A stretch of DNA of 64,000 bases, from NCBI GenBank assembly GCA_049320885.1, contig JBMORA010000013.1:87264-151263 (forward strand), in the 5' to 3' direction. The position numbers were made by a program, and so were the translations under genes. The number at the start of each line of letters is the position of its first letter. Positions within the stretch are counted from its first letter, which is position 1. Source of the stretch: Thermodesulfobacteriota bacterium (GTDB lineage Bacteria > Desulfobacterota > Desulfobacteria > Desulfobacterales > SURF-7). The notes beneath the pieces were generated by a model. The model ran no database searches. It was not told where the DNA came from and worked only from the letters and a program-made list of their open reading frames with translations. Of the stretch, positions 30,109-41,339 are shown piece by piece.

Positions 30109-31335
30109 TCAGGCCAGTTCCCGTGACGCTTCCCGCATCAACCGGGCGATGGCCATCTTCTGGGGGCAGATGCTCTCCGCCGCGGTATAGTCCATGGTTT
30201 GCATGTTCCTGCGCAGGTCGGCCGGTATGCCGCCGAACATCTCCCTGGCATGCTCCCGATCACCATACGTTCTGGCATACATCAGATACCGCATGACATC
30301 GCTGATCGGCAGGCAACCTCCCACCTGACTTTCACACAGGTGCGCGCAGCCGGCGCAATAGCCGGAAGCTGTCTCCCGGGCATATCGGTCCAGCAGGGCT
30401 TTGTCCGCATCCGCCAGCTTGGTTTTATCCAAGGCAGCGGAAATGTTCGACATCAGAATCGTCAGGTTCGGCATCTGGGAACAGATGCTGGCGATGTTCG
30501 GATTTTCCCAGACCGCCTTGAGCTTTGCCTGCTTGTCGGTAAAACCGCGCCCCAGAAACCGGCCGGCCAAGGCCAATTCCGTTTCGGTAGCAATGGTCAC
30601 TGCTCCGCCGCCCTGGGTTTTCATGGCTGTCAATCCAATGCCGGCGGCAACACAGGCGTCCACCGCTTTCTTCATCTGGTCGGTATGCATCAACCGATAA
30701 TTGTAGCTCATCATGATGCCGTCGATCCAGCCGAGTTTCGCGGCCGCCTCCAGGCAGGTCTCCATATTACGGTGGGTGCTGAAGCCAAACAGACGGATTT
30801 TGCCCTGGGTTTTGGCTTTTTCCGCCCACTTCCGGGTTTCCTCGGTCAACTCGTCGATATCGCTGATTCCGTGAACAAAATACAGATCGATATAGGAGGT
30901 GTTCAAGCGCTCCAATGATCGATCCAGCAATCGGCTCAACCCGTCCGGATCGCGATCATCCGATTTGGTAACCAGAAAAATCCGGGAACGGTCATCCGGA
31001 TATTTCGCGAAATACTGGCCGATGCCCTTTTCACTGGCGCCGCCCCCATAGCAGTCCGCCGTGTCCCAGTAAGTCACCCCCCAGCGCAGGGCCTGCTTCA
31101 GCAAAAGCTGGTTGGACGGAATGTCGAACATGCCTCCCAGGGACAGGATCGAAACGGTTCGGCCGCTTTTACCAAAAGGCCGCCCCGGCACCTGTTTTGG
31201 TGACGGGCTCGCTCCCGGCCCCTCCCCGGCGGCATTCGCCGCTCCGCCTCCGGCCAACATGGCGGCGCCCAGCCCGGCCTGGCCGGTCATTTTCAAAAAA
31301 TCCCTTCTGGACCATTTGCGTTTTCCATCAGACAT
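30109..31335 (-). CDS. TAT-signal aldo/keto reductase with C-terminal Fe-S motif
   Basis: SRRDFLK, YWDTADCY, LVTK, SLERLNTSYIDLYFVH, CAGCAHLC and CPQ. Confidence 0.9.
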   Translation of the reverse strand: MSDGKRKWSRRDFLKMTGQAGLGAAMLAGGGAANAAGEGPGASPSPKQVPGRPFGKSGRTVSILSLGGMFDIPSNQLLLKQALRWGVTYWDTADCYGGGASEKGIGQYFAKYPDDRSRIFLVTKSDDRDPDGLSRLLDRSLERLNTSYIDLYFVHGISDIDELTEETRKWAEKAKTQGKIRLFGFSTHRNMETCLEAAAKLGWIDGIMMSYNYRLMHTDQMKKAVDACVAAGIGLTAMKTQGGGAVTIATETELALAGRFLGRGFTDKQAKLKAVWENPNIASICSQMPNLTILMSNISAALDKTKLADADKALLDRYARETASGYCAGCAHLCESQVGGCLPISDVMRYLMYARTYGDREHAREMFGGIPADLRRNMQTMDYTAAESICPQKMAIARLMREASRELA

Positions 31336-31427
31336 GTTCCGTTCCTCCTTCTGGAATCAGCCGCTATCCAAGGCGGTCATCGCTGCTCCGGATGCGGCAT
31401 CCGCAACAGTGATCTGCACAGCCCGTG

Positions 31428-33146
31428 CTACAACAGCAGGGAGTGTTCCTGTTCCCGGGTTTCGTTTTCCGCCGTAATCCGGATCGCCCTTTCCCCTGCT
31501 ACGGGGCATTCATGTTCACAGATGCCGCAGCCGATACACCGGGACGGTTCGACCCAGGGTCGTTGCAGCCGGATCAGAATTTCCACCTGCCCTCCGGTCG
31601 GAAGCGTCGCCATGACCGGGGCATCCGGACCCATGGTAAGGCTTCCGGCATCGTTTCCCATTATCGGCCGGGGAGTTGCGGCAGGGCTGGAGATAACCCG
31701 GCAGAAATAATCTCCACCACCCAGTCGACGATCTTCCAGCTCTTCACCGTGTACTCTCAGCACGGAGCCTTCCATGGATACCACCTGCAAAGGCGGGATA
31801 TCCGCAATCCGGCTGTAGACCTCTTCTGTCTGAATCGCCTTGGGGCTCACCGGACAGTTTTCCTGGCAGACAATGCAGGGTCGATTCATGGCCCACGGCA
31901 GACAGCGCCCCCGGTCCACAAAAGCCAGCCCGATCCGGATCGGCCCGCTTTCCCGGTATTCATCCCGTCCGAGTTTCCGATCCAGCGCCAGGGGACGGAT
32001 GGCGCCGGTGGGACAGACATGCCCGCAGGCAATACAGTTGAGCTGGCAACCGCTGGTTCCGATCCGGAAATTCAACACCGGCGTCCACAGGTCTTCCAGC
32101 CCGGAGCCCCATGCGGACGGTTGGATCACATTGGTGGGGCAGATACGCATGCACTGGCCGCATTTGATGCAGCGATCCAGAAACGCCTTTTCCGCAAGCG
32201 CCCCCGGCGGGCGGACCTTCCTTGGATTCCAGTTTGCTCCCAGGCTCCCCCCCAGCCGCTGGATCGGTATCAAGGCAACTCCGGTCAGAAGCGCGACGCC
32301 GAACTGGCGGCGGCTGACTTCCGGCAACGGCATTTCCCCGGCGGCCGAGGGCGCCGGTTGAAATGCCACCAGCGCATACTCACATGCCGGCCGGCAGTTC
32401 ATGCACAGAACGCATTCACCGACCCGAAATTTTCCGGATGGGTTGCAGGCCCCTTCGCATAGGCTTTCGCAATGCATGCAATCCGGGCAGGTTTCGGTCT
32501 TTTTGCCCATGCGCCATATGGACAAAAAGGCGGCCAGTCCCATCAGGGCGCCCAATGGACAGACAAATCGGCAATAGAAGCGCGGAATCATCGCATTCAA
32601 GCCCAGGGACAGCAGAAACGGAATCCCGATGGACAGGGCGCTCTGGTAATAACCGGCCCCCACTGTTCCCAACAAGGGCAGCACGATCAGGTTCACCGAA
32701 CGGTGCAGGAACGGAATGGGATCCAGCAACCCGGTTTGCAGCGACCCGGTGGCGGCGCCCAGGAAAAAAAACAGAAAGAGATATTTGAGGCGCTGCAATG
32801 GGTGGTAGCGGTTCAGCCGGACTTTTTGGGACAATGACTTGCGGCGATGGGCTGAATATCCGATGACCTGATGAAGCGTGCCGAAAGGGCAAATCCAACC
32901 GCAGAAAAACCGCCCGAACAGGATCGTCAAGGTCAGGGTGACAAGCCCCCACATCAACCCCTGATGAAGAACACCGGTGGCCAGGACCGAGCCCAGGCCG
33001 ACCAGGGGATCGAGCTGCAACAGCCAATTCACCGGCCACCCGCGCAACTCCCAAAAGGCGTCACCGATCTCCATGACCACACAGAACCAGAGAAACAACC
33101 CCCCAAAAAAGATCTGTGACATCCGTCTGGCAGCGATAATCGTCAT
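31428..33146 (-). CDS. membrane polyferredoxin (NapH/MauN-like fused to NapG/MauM-like)
   Basis: GRFFCGWICP, RFYCRFVCP, RPPGA..CIKCGQCMRICP and CIGCGICEHECP; several TM segments. Confidence 0.88.
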   Translation of the reverse strand: MTIIAARRMSQIFFGGLFLWFCVVMEIGDAFWELRGWPVNWLLQLDPLVGLGSVLATGVLHQGLMWGLVTLTLTILFGRFFCGWICPFGTLHQVIGYSAHRRKSLSQKVRLNRYHPLQRLKYLFLFFFLGAATGSLQTGLLDPIPFLHRSVNLIVLPLLGTVGAGYYQSALSIGIPFLLSLGLNAMIPRFYCRFVCPLGALMGLAAFLSIWRMGKKTETCPDCMHCESLCEGACNPSGKFRVGECVLCMNCRPACEYALVAFQPAPSAAGEMPLPEVSRRQFGVALLTGVALIPIQRLGGSLGANWNPRKVRPPGALAEKAFLDRCIKCGQCMRICPTNVIQPSAWGSGLEDLWTPVLNFRIGTSGCQLNCIACGHVCPTGAIRPLALDRKLGRDEYRESGPIRIGLAFVDRGRCLPWAMNRPCIVCQENCPVSPKAIQTEEVYSRIADIPPLQVVSMEGSVLRVHGEELEDRRLGGGDYFCRVISSPAATPRPIMGNDAGSLTMGPDAPVMATLPTGGQVEILIRLQRPWVEPSRCIGCGICEHECPVAGERAIRITAENETREQEHSLLL

Positions 33147-33161
33147 GGTTTTTCTTCGCGG

Positions 33162-34154
33162 TTACAGGGAAATAAAAACCGGATTCAAGGAACGATAATC
33201 CGCCGTTCCCGAACCGGCGGCTTCCGCCTGCCGGATGAACCCGAGGGTCTGGAGATCTTTCTCCAGCAAACCGGCGCCCAACGCATCCACCGCCACCTGA
33301 TCCGTGCCGACAATCAGGGTGCCGGTCTGCTTGAGGTCGCTCAGCGAACCTCCGGTGGGGCCGTTTTGCATCAAGGCAACCGTGCCGTCCAGGATCACGA
33401 AAGTGGGCGTCACCATCCGGGATAGTTCCATGATGGTACGATGAATATCCTGGTGCAAGACATTACGCCGCCCCCCCAGCAGTCCATACCAGTTCTTCAT
33501 GGTCATGGACGCGCCGCTGCGGAAATGGTCCTTCAGAGGCGCCAGACCTATGATTTTATTTATATTATTGAACGGCCGGCAAAAAACGGGCCACCCGTCG
33601 ATACACCGGCCATCCTGCAGCGACAGCGGTTTGAAATCACGGGGACCCGGCATGACCACCGTCCCTCCGGCCTTCCGGGCCGCGCCTTCAATTCCGGTCA
33701 GCGCGAAACAACTGGTCGGATCGTTAATCGGGTTGTCGGCCACAAGGACCTCCCCGGCGCCGGCCTTTCGGCAAAGTCGTATCAATTCAGCAACCAGTTC
33801 GGGATGGGTCGTGGCCCCGATCAAAGGGGGCGAGGCGAAAGCCGCATTGACTTTCAACAGCACCCGATCGGCCGGATGAATAAACGACTCAATGCCCCCC
33901 AGCGCCGCAAGAGCCTTCTCCAGCGCCTCGGCTCGATTTCCACCGGTTACGGCCACCAGTTTGCCCGCCATCCCCGGTATGGAACAGACCGGGAATCGGA
34001 AGGAAGGCGTGGCAGAAACCGCCGGTCCATCTCCCCTGCGCCCCAGCCAGAAACCCGCGGCCCACAGCAGCCCGATGGCGCCGCCGGCTTTCGCCAGGCG
34101 TGTTAGCCATTGTCTTCTATCCATGGCGCGGCCGTTATCGGAATCATTCACCAT
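33162..34154 (-). CDS. DUF362 family protein
   Basis: DRRQWL TAT-like N-terminus; LGGIESFI..DRVLLKVN, TTHPELV, LKDH, MKNWYG and DQVAVDA. Confidence 0.82.
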   Translation of the reverse strand: MVNDSDNGRAMDRRQWLTRLAKAGGAIGLLWAAGFWLGRRGDGPAVSATPSFRFPVCSIPGMAGKLVAVTGGNRAEALEKALAALGGIESFIHPADRVLLKVNAAFASPPLIGATTHPELVAELIRLCRKAGAGEVLVADNPINDPTSCFALTGIEGAARKAGGTVVMPGPRDFKPLSLQDGRCIDGWPVFCRPFNNINKIIGLAPLKDHFRSGASMTMKNWYGLLGGRRNVLHQDIHRTIMELSRMVTPTFVILDGTVALMQNGPTGGSLSDLKQTGTLIVGTDQVAVDALGAGLLEKDLQTLGFIRQAEAAGSGTADYRSLNPVFISL

Positions 34155-35148
34155 GCCGGATCAACTCCTGTTGGATCAGCCTGGCCAATTGCAGCGCGGC
34201 TTGCGGATCTTCCGCTTCCCGTACTCCGGCCAAAATCCGGTTGGAAGTGAAAACGATTTCATACGTGTCCATTATCGATACCGCTTTGGCGTTGGGAATA
34301 TCCAGCGGGATTCCAGCCTCCTCTCCGCCGAAATCGAGCAGAAACCGATGATATTTTTCCAGCAGGGCGACGGCCTCCTGACCCGTGGGACGAATGGACA
34401 GAAAGGCGGTTAAGCGTTTTTCCCCCGCTTGATAATCGGCGGTGAAGATGTTGGTGAATTGATCAAAACCAAAAGCGTCCGCGGCAATCAGTTTCACGCT
34501 CTCCGCCACGCGGCCCGGCTCCGGAAACAATCCGGGCTCCAGGATTTCCCCCGCCGGCGCCGGATGCTTGCGGATGAATTGCAGCGCGGCCGACCGCATC
34601 CGCTCCATGGCGTCGTCCGATACGCGGGTTGCAATCATCTCCACATAATGGCGACCATGGGCGAAAAACAAAGCGTTTTCCGCCCGATAGGAAAAGGGTG
34701 TGATATCCAGTCCCACCGCCCCGCTACGGCGCTGGAGGCTGAAGACGGCAAAGGCGTTCCGGGCGCTTCCCATGTCGTATGAGAACACCTCCATGAAGAA
34801 GTCGCCGTCATCCCGCGCAACAAATCTGCGGCAATACAATTCTTGAAAACCGGAAGCCAGATAGAGGTCGGCCTTTCCGTTGATTTTATCCGCAAGATTG
34901 CTGGCGGAAAACCTCTCGGGGGGGGTTCGCGACATCATTCCCGGTGGGACGGGAATGATGGTATCTGCATCCTCACCCCGGGATGGAAGCAAGGGTGATC
35001 CGGACCCGGCCGGTTGCTGAAGAATCCGGACCGCCGGGTTATAGCGCAAGTGTTCCCTGTATACGAACGCCCCGATTCCCGCCAGCAGAACCAATATCAT
35101 CCAGCTCAGCCGGCATTCTCCTGCACCAGGTGCTTTCTGTCGCGGCAT
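34144..35148 (-). CDS. exported protein (DUF6599-like)
   Basis: N-terminal TM; NLADKINGKADLYLASGF and YDMGSARNAFAVFS motifs. Confidence 0.65.
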   Translation of the reverse strand: MPRQKAPGAGECRLSWMILVLLAGIGAFVYREHLRYNPAVRILQQPAGSGSPLLPSRGEDADTIIPVPPGMMSRTPPERFSASNLADKINGKADLYLASGFQELYCRRFVARDDGDFFMEVFSYDMGSARNAFAVFSLQRRSGAVGLDITPFSYRAENALFFAHGRHYVEMIATRVSDDAMERMRSAALQFIRKHPAPAGEILEPGLFPEPGRVAESVKLIAADAFGFDQFTNIFTADYQAGEKRLTAFLSIRPTGQEAVALLEKYHRFLLDFGGEEAGIPLDIPNAKAVSIMDTYEIVFTSNRILAGVREAEDPQAALQLARLIQQELIRHGE

Positions 35149-35178
35149 GGGCCCCCTCTCGGATAACCGGCGGACCTG

Positions 35179-37185
35179 TCAGGACTTCAGCATTTTCATC
35201 GCATGCTGAACGATGGTCTCCGCCCGGAAGCCGAATTTGTTCATGACGACATCGCCGGGGGCGGATGCGCCGAAGGTGTTGATGCCGATGGAAAGGCCTT
35301 TCTCGCCGACATAGCGCGCCCATCCCATGGTGATGCCGGCTTCAATGGAAATCCTGGCGCGCACCCGGCCGGGCAGAACCGATTCCTGGTATTGCCTGGA
35401 TGTTTTTTCAAACAATTCCCAGCTCGGCATGCTGACCACCCGGGCGGAAATCTGGCTGGCGGCCAGCAGTTTCCGGGCCTGCACCGCCAGGTGAACCTCC
35501 GATCCGCTGGCGATCAGGATAATGTCGGGTTCTCCTTCCGTGTCTTCCAGTATATAAGCCCCCCGGCTCAACCTGTTGTCCGCCGAGACCTTTGAATGAT
35601 CGAGGATCGGCAGATTCTGGCGGCTCAGGATCAGGGCGATGGGGCTGTTCTGGGTCTGAAGGGCCAGACGCCAGGCCTCCGCCGTCTCAACGGCATCGGC
35701 CGGGCGGATCACCGTGACGTTGGGTATGGAACGCAGGGACGCCAACTGTTCGACGGGTTGGTGGGTCGGCCCGTCTTCCCCCACGGCGATACTGTCGTGG
35801 GTGAAAACATAGATCACCGGCAGTTTCATCAACGCGGCCGCCCGTATCGCCGGCCGCAGGTAGTCGGCGAAAACCAGAAAAGTGCCTCCGTAAGGACGAA
35901 CGCCGCCATGCAAAAAAAGCCCGTTCATGATGGCTCCCATGGCATGTTCCCGGACCCCGAAGCGGACATTGCGGCCGGCATAGCTGCCTTTTTGAAAATC
36001 CGGGGAAAAAGGGAGATAGGTATTGTTCGATGGCGCCAGATCCGCCGAGCCGCCCATCAGGGTCGGCAATTTCCGGGCAATGGCGTTCAGCACTTTGCCG
36101 GATGCGGCCCGGGTGGCAACGGCGCCGTCGGAAGGTTTGAACAGGGGAATTTCCGAATCCCATTCGTTTGGAAGATAACCGCTGAGGGCATCGACCCAGT
36201 TCGCGGCCAGGTCGGCATATCGTTTTACATAGGCGGAATAACGCGCCTGCCAGGACTCCTCGGCCGTCTTTCCCCTTGCCAGACATTTGCGAAATTCGGT
36301 CAGGGCATCCGCAGGGACGCAAAATTCCGCATTTCTGTCGCACCCCAGGGCTTCCTTGGTCAAGGCGACTTCCTCCTTACCCAGCGGTGCGCCGTGGGCT
36401 TCCGACGAATCCTGCTTGTTCGGGCTGCCGTAAGCAATATGGGATCGCAGCATGATCAATGTCGGTTTTTCCGTTTCCGCCTTGGCGGCTGCAAGCGCGC
36501 GGTCGATTGCTTCCGTATCGTTTCCATCGGAAACCGTCAGCACCTCCCAGCCATAAGCCCGGAAGCGCTGGCCGACGTCTTCACTGAACGTAATATCCGT
36601 ACCGCCCTCGATGGTGATCCGGTTATCGTCATATAGGCAGATCAGCTTTCCAAGTCCCAGATGCCCGGCCAGTGACGCAGCCTCCGCCGCCACGCCTTCC
36701 ATCAAATCCCCGTCACCGCACATGACATAGGTATGGTGATCGACGATATCGTGTCCGTCCCTGTTGAAACGGGCCGCCAGATGTCTTTCGGCCATCGCCA
36801 TCCCGACGGCATTGGCGAATCCCTGCCCCAGCGGCCCCGTGGTCGTCTCCACGCCCGGGGTATGCCCGTATTCCGGGTGACCGGGTGTTTTGCTGCCCCA
36901 TTGCCTGAATTGTTTGATATCTTCCAGATGGAGATCATACCCGGTGAGATACAGCAGACTGTAGAGCAGCATGGAGGCATGCCCGCCGGACAGGACAAAG
37001 CGATCCCGATCCGGCCACCCGGGATTCGCCGGATTGTGCTTTAGAAACCGGGTCCATAATACATACGCGGCCGGCGCCATTCCCATGGGCGCCCCCGGAT
37101 GACCGGAATTGGCTTTCTGGACCGCATCCATGGCAAGGGTTCGAATGGTGTTGACACAACGGTCCTGGACGGTTTGGCGGCTCAT
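35179..37185 (-). CDS. tkt: transketolase
   Basis: [34 protein letters not shown] and GEDGPTHQP. Confidence 0.97.
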   Translation of the reverse strand: MSRQTVQDRCVNTIRTLAMDAVQKANSGHPGAPMGMAPAAYVLWTRFLKHNPANPGWPDRDRFVLSGGHASMLLYSLLYLTGYDLHLEDIKQFRQWGSKTPGHPEYGHTPGVETTTGPLGQGFANAVGMAMAERHLAARFNRDGHDIVDHHTYVMCGDGDLMEGVAAEAASLAGHLGLGKLICLYDDNRITIEGGTDITFSEDVGQRFRAYGWEVLTVSDGNDTEAIDRALAAAKAETEKPTLIMLRSHIAYGSPNKQDSSEAHGAPLGKEEVALTKEALGCDRNAEFCVPADALTEFRKCLARGKTAEESWQARYSAYVKRYADLAANWVDALSGYLPNEWDSEIPLFKPSDGAVATRAASGKVLNAIARKLPTLMGGSADLAPSNNTYLPFSPDFQKGSYAGRNVRFGVREHAMGAIMNGLFLHGGVRPYGGTFLVFADYLRPAIRAAALMKLPVIYVFTHDSIAVGEDGPTHQPVEQLASLRSIPNVTVIRPADAVETAEAWRLALQTQNSPIALILSRQNLPILDHSKVSADNRLSRGAYILEDTEGEPDIILIASGSEVHLAVQARKLLAASQISARVVSMPSWELFEKTSRQYQESVLPGRVRARISIEAGITMGWARYVGEKGLSIGINTFGASAPGDVVMNKFGFRAETIVQHAMKMLKS

Positions 37186-37297
37186 GGGCAAGCCTTCTTT
37201 CATGGTCTGGTCTCCTTAGCTGATATCGAACATTTCGGTTACATGGGTTCCCGTATTGTTTGCGGTCAGGATCGTTCGCCGGACATGTGGTTTCGGA

Positions 37298-38167
37298 TCA
37301 AAGAGCCCGCAGATATTCCGGTTTCAAGGCGATTTTTCCGGCCAAGGCCGCATCTATCAATGCAATCGTGCGTGCCTGATCCTTGGGAAGACGGGCCCGG
37401 ATCGGCAAATAATTGGAGGCGTGATTGGCATGGAAAAGCCCGTCGGTCAAATGCGTATGGGCGATCATGGTTCTGAGTTCTCTCAACATTTCCTCCGGCT
37501 CCAACAATGGAAACCGCCCCTGTTCATAGTCCTGATACAGGGGTGTTCCGGGGATCAACATCAGACTCAGTGCGCCGACAAATTCCGGATCGATGGCGGA
37601 CAATACCCGGCCGGTTTCCATCGCGTGCCGGTGGGATCCGCTCCGGCCGGCGATTCCCAGCAGGACCGTTATGGAAAGCTTCATCCCCGCCTCCCGGATT
37701 TTCCGTCCCGCATCGATCATCCGATCCGCATCGGCGCCTTTGTTGACCCGCGCCAGCGTTTCGCTGTCGCCGGTTTCAAGCCCCATGTAAATGATTTCCA
37801 GCCCATGCTTTTTCAGCAGCTGCAATTCCTCCGGCGTTTTCATACGGATGCTTTTGGTGTTCGCATAAGCGCCCACCCTCTCCACCCATGGCAGCTGCTT
37901 TTCGATTTCGGTCAGAATGGAGAGCAACCTGGGCTGCGGAATGATCAGGGCATCCCCGTCACAGATGAACAACCGGTTCTGACGGCGGCAATAGCGTGAT
38001 GCAAAGGCGATATCCGCAAAGATAATGTCATCCGGTTTGATCTTGAAGCGCTCGCCCTTATAAGCGCCGCAAAAAGTGCACTTGTTATGCGAACATCCGA
38101 CGGTGGCCTGAAGCAAGATGCTGTCGGCCTCGCTTGGCGGCCGGATCATGTTTCCTTCATAATGCAT
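37298..38167 (-). CDS. radical SAM protein
   Basis: YEG..IRPPSEA..GCSHNKCTFC (Cx4Cx2C variant), GLETG and ANHASNY; RBS AGGAG. Confidence 0.88.
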   Translation of the reverse strand: MHYEGNMIRPPSEADSILLQATVGCSHNKCTFCGAYKGERFKIKPDDIIFADIAFASRYCRRQNRLFICDGDALIIPQPRLLSILTEIEKQLPWVERVGAYANTKSIRMKTPEELQLLKKHGLEIIYMGLETGDSETLARVNKGADADRMIDAGRKIREAGMKLSITVLLGIAGRSGSHRHAMETGRVLSAIDPEFVGALSLMLIPGTPLYQDYEQGRFPLLEPEEMLRELRTMIAHTHLTDGLFHANHASNYLPIRARLPKDQARTIALIDAALAGKIALKPEYLRAL

Positions 38168-38424
38168 GACGCAACTCCTGATCATTGCAGCTTCGGCAAC
38201 CCGCAACCATTTTGCGGAACGCCGCCGAAACCGGCGGTATCTTTTTTCCGGCGATCAAAACAATGTCTCCAGATTATGACCGCGGAGATCTTCTTACCCC
38301 AAGATGATCCGCATGCGCAACAATTTTTCCAGCAGGCCGGGGCCCAGGGATCGGTTGACATCCCTGTTTTCATGTATTATTTGTGGCCAGACCTGAATTG
38401 TATTGAGTTGTATCGAGGCAACGG

Positions 38425-39102
38425 ATGAAACAGCTTCATGATCAAGAAAGAGAACAGTTCAAAAAATTGTTCAAACAGGAAGGCATTGATCGCTTTGACG
38501 ATCGCTACGCGGTGCTGGAGGCATTCCTGCAAACCGAGGGCCACGTTACAATGGCCGAACTGACCCAGCGGCTATCCGAAAACGGGCATGATTTCCAGCC
38601 GGCGTTTTTGCGTGAAACCCTTCGGCAGATGTGCGATTTCGGCTTCGCCCGCCAGAATCAATTTGAGGACGGCCAAATTTCATATGAACACAGGCATTTG
38701 GGGGATCACCATGATCACCTGATCTGCACGAAATGTCACAAAATAGTCGAATTTACAAACGATGAAATGGAAAGCCTGCAACTGAAAATCGCGGAAGCCA
38801 ATGGATTCCATATGCTTCAGCACCGCATGGAAATTTATGGTATTTGCGCGGAATGCGCCAAGGATCGCGCCAAACGGATGCCGCTTACCATGGCCAAACC
38901 AGGAGAAAAATTAAAGATTCTGGATTTTTCAGGCGGCTCCAGCGCCCGGATGCGGCTGACCGCCATGGGATTCCGCATCGGAGATGAAATCGAAGTCGTT
39001 ACCAATCAGAACACCGGTCAACTGGTTATCGCCCTTGATTTCAAACGATATATCCTCGGCCGAGGGCTGGCACAAAAGATAACGGTCACCCCGTTCAAGT
39101 AG
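38425..39102 (+). CDS. Fur-family protein with C-terminal FeoA domain
   Basis: HHDHLICTKC and YGICAEC, then LTMAKPGE..RLTAMGFRIGDEIEV..LGRGLAQKI. Confidence 0.88.
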   Translation: MKQLHDQEREQFKKLFKQEGIDRFDDRYAVLEAFLQTEGHVTMAELTQRLSENGHDFQPAFLRETLRQMCDFGFARQNQFEDGQISYEHRHLGDHHDHLICTKCHKIVEFTNDEMESLQLKIAEANGFHMLQHRMEIYGICAECAKDRAKRMPLTMAKPGEKLKILDFSGGSSARMRLTAMGFRIGDEIEVVTNQNTGQLVIALDFKRYILGRGLAQKITVTPFK

Positions 39103-39194
39103 AACCCTGACGGGGCGGCCAGCGGAAACAGTCTCCCGTTGGCATCAAAAGACCATTTACAACAGCGGCGATCGATAGTAGTCAGGCGGTCATC

Positions 39195-39830
39195 ATGGAA
39201 AGAATTTTTGCGATAGGCGACATCCACGGCTGTTTCGACAAGCTGCAAGCGCTGATGAGTGTCGTCGATATCCATCCCAGCAAGGACACCCTTGTTTTTC
39301 TGGGAGATTATATTGACCGCGGGCCGTCATCCCATGAAGTGGTTGAATATCTGATCACGCTGAAAAAGCGTTTTGAAAAGCTGGTTTTTCTGAAAGGCAA
39401 CCACGAGGAAATGCTGCTCAACTATCTTCAAGGAATCAATCGATTGGCCTACCTTGCAAACGGTGGCCAGCAGACGATCGACAGTTATATAAAGGCGGGA
39501 AGATCGCCTTCCACCGGACTGATTCCCCAAAATCATCTGGACTTTTTTAATTCTCTTGATCTTTTTTATCAGACCGATAATTATGTTTTTGTGCATGCCG
39601 GCCTGGTGGACAAAATTCCGGTTGAGCAACAACATGTGGAGGATATCTTGTGGATTCGCAACCGCTTTATCAAATCAGCCTATGATTTCGGCCGGCAAGT
39701 AGTTTTCGGCCACACCCCATTGCCGGAACCGCTTGTGCAATCCAATAAAATCGGCATTGATACAGGTGCCGTTTATGGCAACAAACTGACCTGTGTCCTG
39801 TTGCCGGCGCTGACTTTTTATCAAGCATAA
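39195..39830 (+). CDS. metallophosphoesterase (PrpA/ApaH-like Ser/Thr phosphatase)
   Basis: GDIHG, GDYIDRG, GNHE, VHAG, GHTP and IDTG motifs. Confidence 0.9.
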   Translation: MERIFAIGDIHGCFDKLQALMSVVDIHPSKDTLVFLGDYIDRGPSSHEVVEYLITLKKRFEKLVFLKGNHEEMLLNYLQGINRLAYLANGGQQTIDSYIKAGRSPSTGLIPQNHLDFFNSLDLFYQTDNYVFVHAGLVDKIPVEQQHVEDILWIRNRFIKSAYDFGRQVVFGHTPLPEPLVQSNKIGIDTGAVYGNKLTCVLLPALTFYQA

Positions 39831-39833
39831 ACC

Positions 39834-40310
39834 ATGGGAGTTTCCATGACCTCATTCAACGATCGTTCGGTACGAAAATCATGCGTTCTGGTTGCAGGCC
39901 TTCTGCTTCTCATGCTCTGCTTTCCGGATTTTTCCCGGGCGGAACGATTGGCGGTCGGTGTCCAGAAAGCCAATGTCCGCTCCGGACCGGGGAGCCAGTT
40001 TGATGTGATCTGGGAAGTGGAGCAGTATCACCCATTTGAAGTGATCACGAAGAAAGGCGAATGGATTCGAATCCGGGATTTTGAAAAAGATGAGGCCTGG
40101 ATTCACCAATCCCTGTTGCAAAAAATCGATACGGTGATCACCAGCAAGGATCAATGCAACGTCCGATCCGGTCCCGGTTCGAATTTCGATATTATCTTCA
40201 CCACGGAAAAAGGAATTCCGTTCAAGGTCATTTCAAGACAGGACCAATGGCTGCAGATCGAACACGCTGACAAGGACCGGGGTTGGATCCATCAGTCCCT
40301 GGTCTGGTGA
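39834..40310 (+). CDS. exported tandem SH3-domain protein
   Basis: Signal peptide; two NVRSGPG...WIHQSL repeats. Confidence 0.85.
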   Translation: MGVSMTSFNDRSVRKSCVLVAGLLLLMLCFPDFSRAERLAVGVQKANVRSGPGSQFDVIWEVEQYHPFEVITKKGEWIRIRDFEKDEAWIHQSLLQKIDTVITSKDQCNVRSGPGSNFDIIFTTEKGIPFKVISRQDQWLQIEHADKDRGWIHQSLVW

Positions 40311-40323
40311 AAAGGCTGACCGC

Positions 40324-41313
40324 ATGATGATACCTGGAAACAAACGGATTGCCGGTTTGGGATCGGCTCTGGTGGACATCCTGATCCATGAAAGCGACGA
40401 ATTTCTAGCGGAGCTGGATGCCCCAAAAGGGGGAATGGTCCTGGTGGATAAAGAACGCATCGACGAAATCTTGTCCAAAACCCAAGCGACATCCGCCATC
40501 GTTCCCGGCGGCTCGGCGTGCAATACGGTTGTCGGTGTTTCCCGCCTCGGCGGTAAGAGCCGGTTTATCGGAAAATGCAGCCAGGACGAATTCGGCCATC
40601 TTTTTGAAACCGGCCTGGTTCATCAGCACGTCGAACCCCGTCTCTTCCGGTCCACATCGCCCACCGGGCGGGTGCTTTCCGTTATCACGCCGGATGCCCA
40701 GAGGACCATGCTGACCTATTTGGGCGCTTCGGCCGAAATGAACGCGGAAGAGATGAAACCGGAATGCTTTGAACACGCCGATATAGTCCATATTGAAGGA
40801 TACCTTCTGTTCAATCCGGATCTGATGATGGCGGCCCTTAAAAACGCCAAAAATACCGGAGCCAGAATTTCCCTTGATCTGGCCAGCTATACGGTGGTGG
40901 AAGCATCCAGAGACCTGCTGAAAACCATTGTGGCCGAATACGTGGACATTGTCATCGCCAATGAAGATGAGTCTCTAGCCTATACAGGGGTGTCCAACGA
41001 AATGGAAGCCATTTCCCTTCTGGCGGAACAGGCGGATATCGCCGTCCTGAAGCTGGGAAAGCGCGGCAGCCTGATTGCCGATAACGGCAGGGTTGTCTCC
41101 ATTGCCCCCCATGGTGCCGGACCCGTGGTGGATACCACCGGTGCGGGTGATCTCTGGGCTTCCGGATTTCTGTACGGCCTGGTCAGCGGTTTACCCATTG
41201 AAACCTGTGGGTCGCTGGCGTCCATGTGCGGCTATGAAGTCTGTCAGGTCATCGGGGCCTCCATTCCGGAAAAAGGCTGGGAGCGCATCTCGAGCTATCT
41301 GTTAACAATATAA
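40324..41313 (+). CDS. PfkB family kinase (adenosine kinase-like)
   Basis: GGSACNT, DAQRTM, ANEDE and DTTGAGD motifs. Confidence 0.9.
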   Translation: MMIPGNKRIAGLGSALVDILIHESDEFLAELDAPKGGMVLVDKERIDEILSKTQATSAIVPGGSACNTVVGVSRLGGKSRFIGKCSQDEFGHLFETGLVHQHVEPRLFRSTSPTGRVLSVITPDAQRTMLTYLGASAEMNAEEMKPECFEHADIVHIEGYLLFNPDLMMAALKNAKNTGARISLDLASYTVVEASRDLLKTIVAEYVDIVIANEDESLAYTGVSNEMEAISLLAEQADIAVLKLGKRGSLIADNGRVVSIAPHGAGPVVDTTGAGDLWASGFLYGLVSGLPIETCGSLASMCGYEVCQVIGASIPEKGWERISSYLLTI

Positions 41314-41339
41314 CTCAATTCGAAATATGAGGAGAAAAC

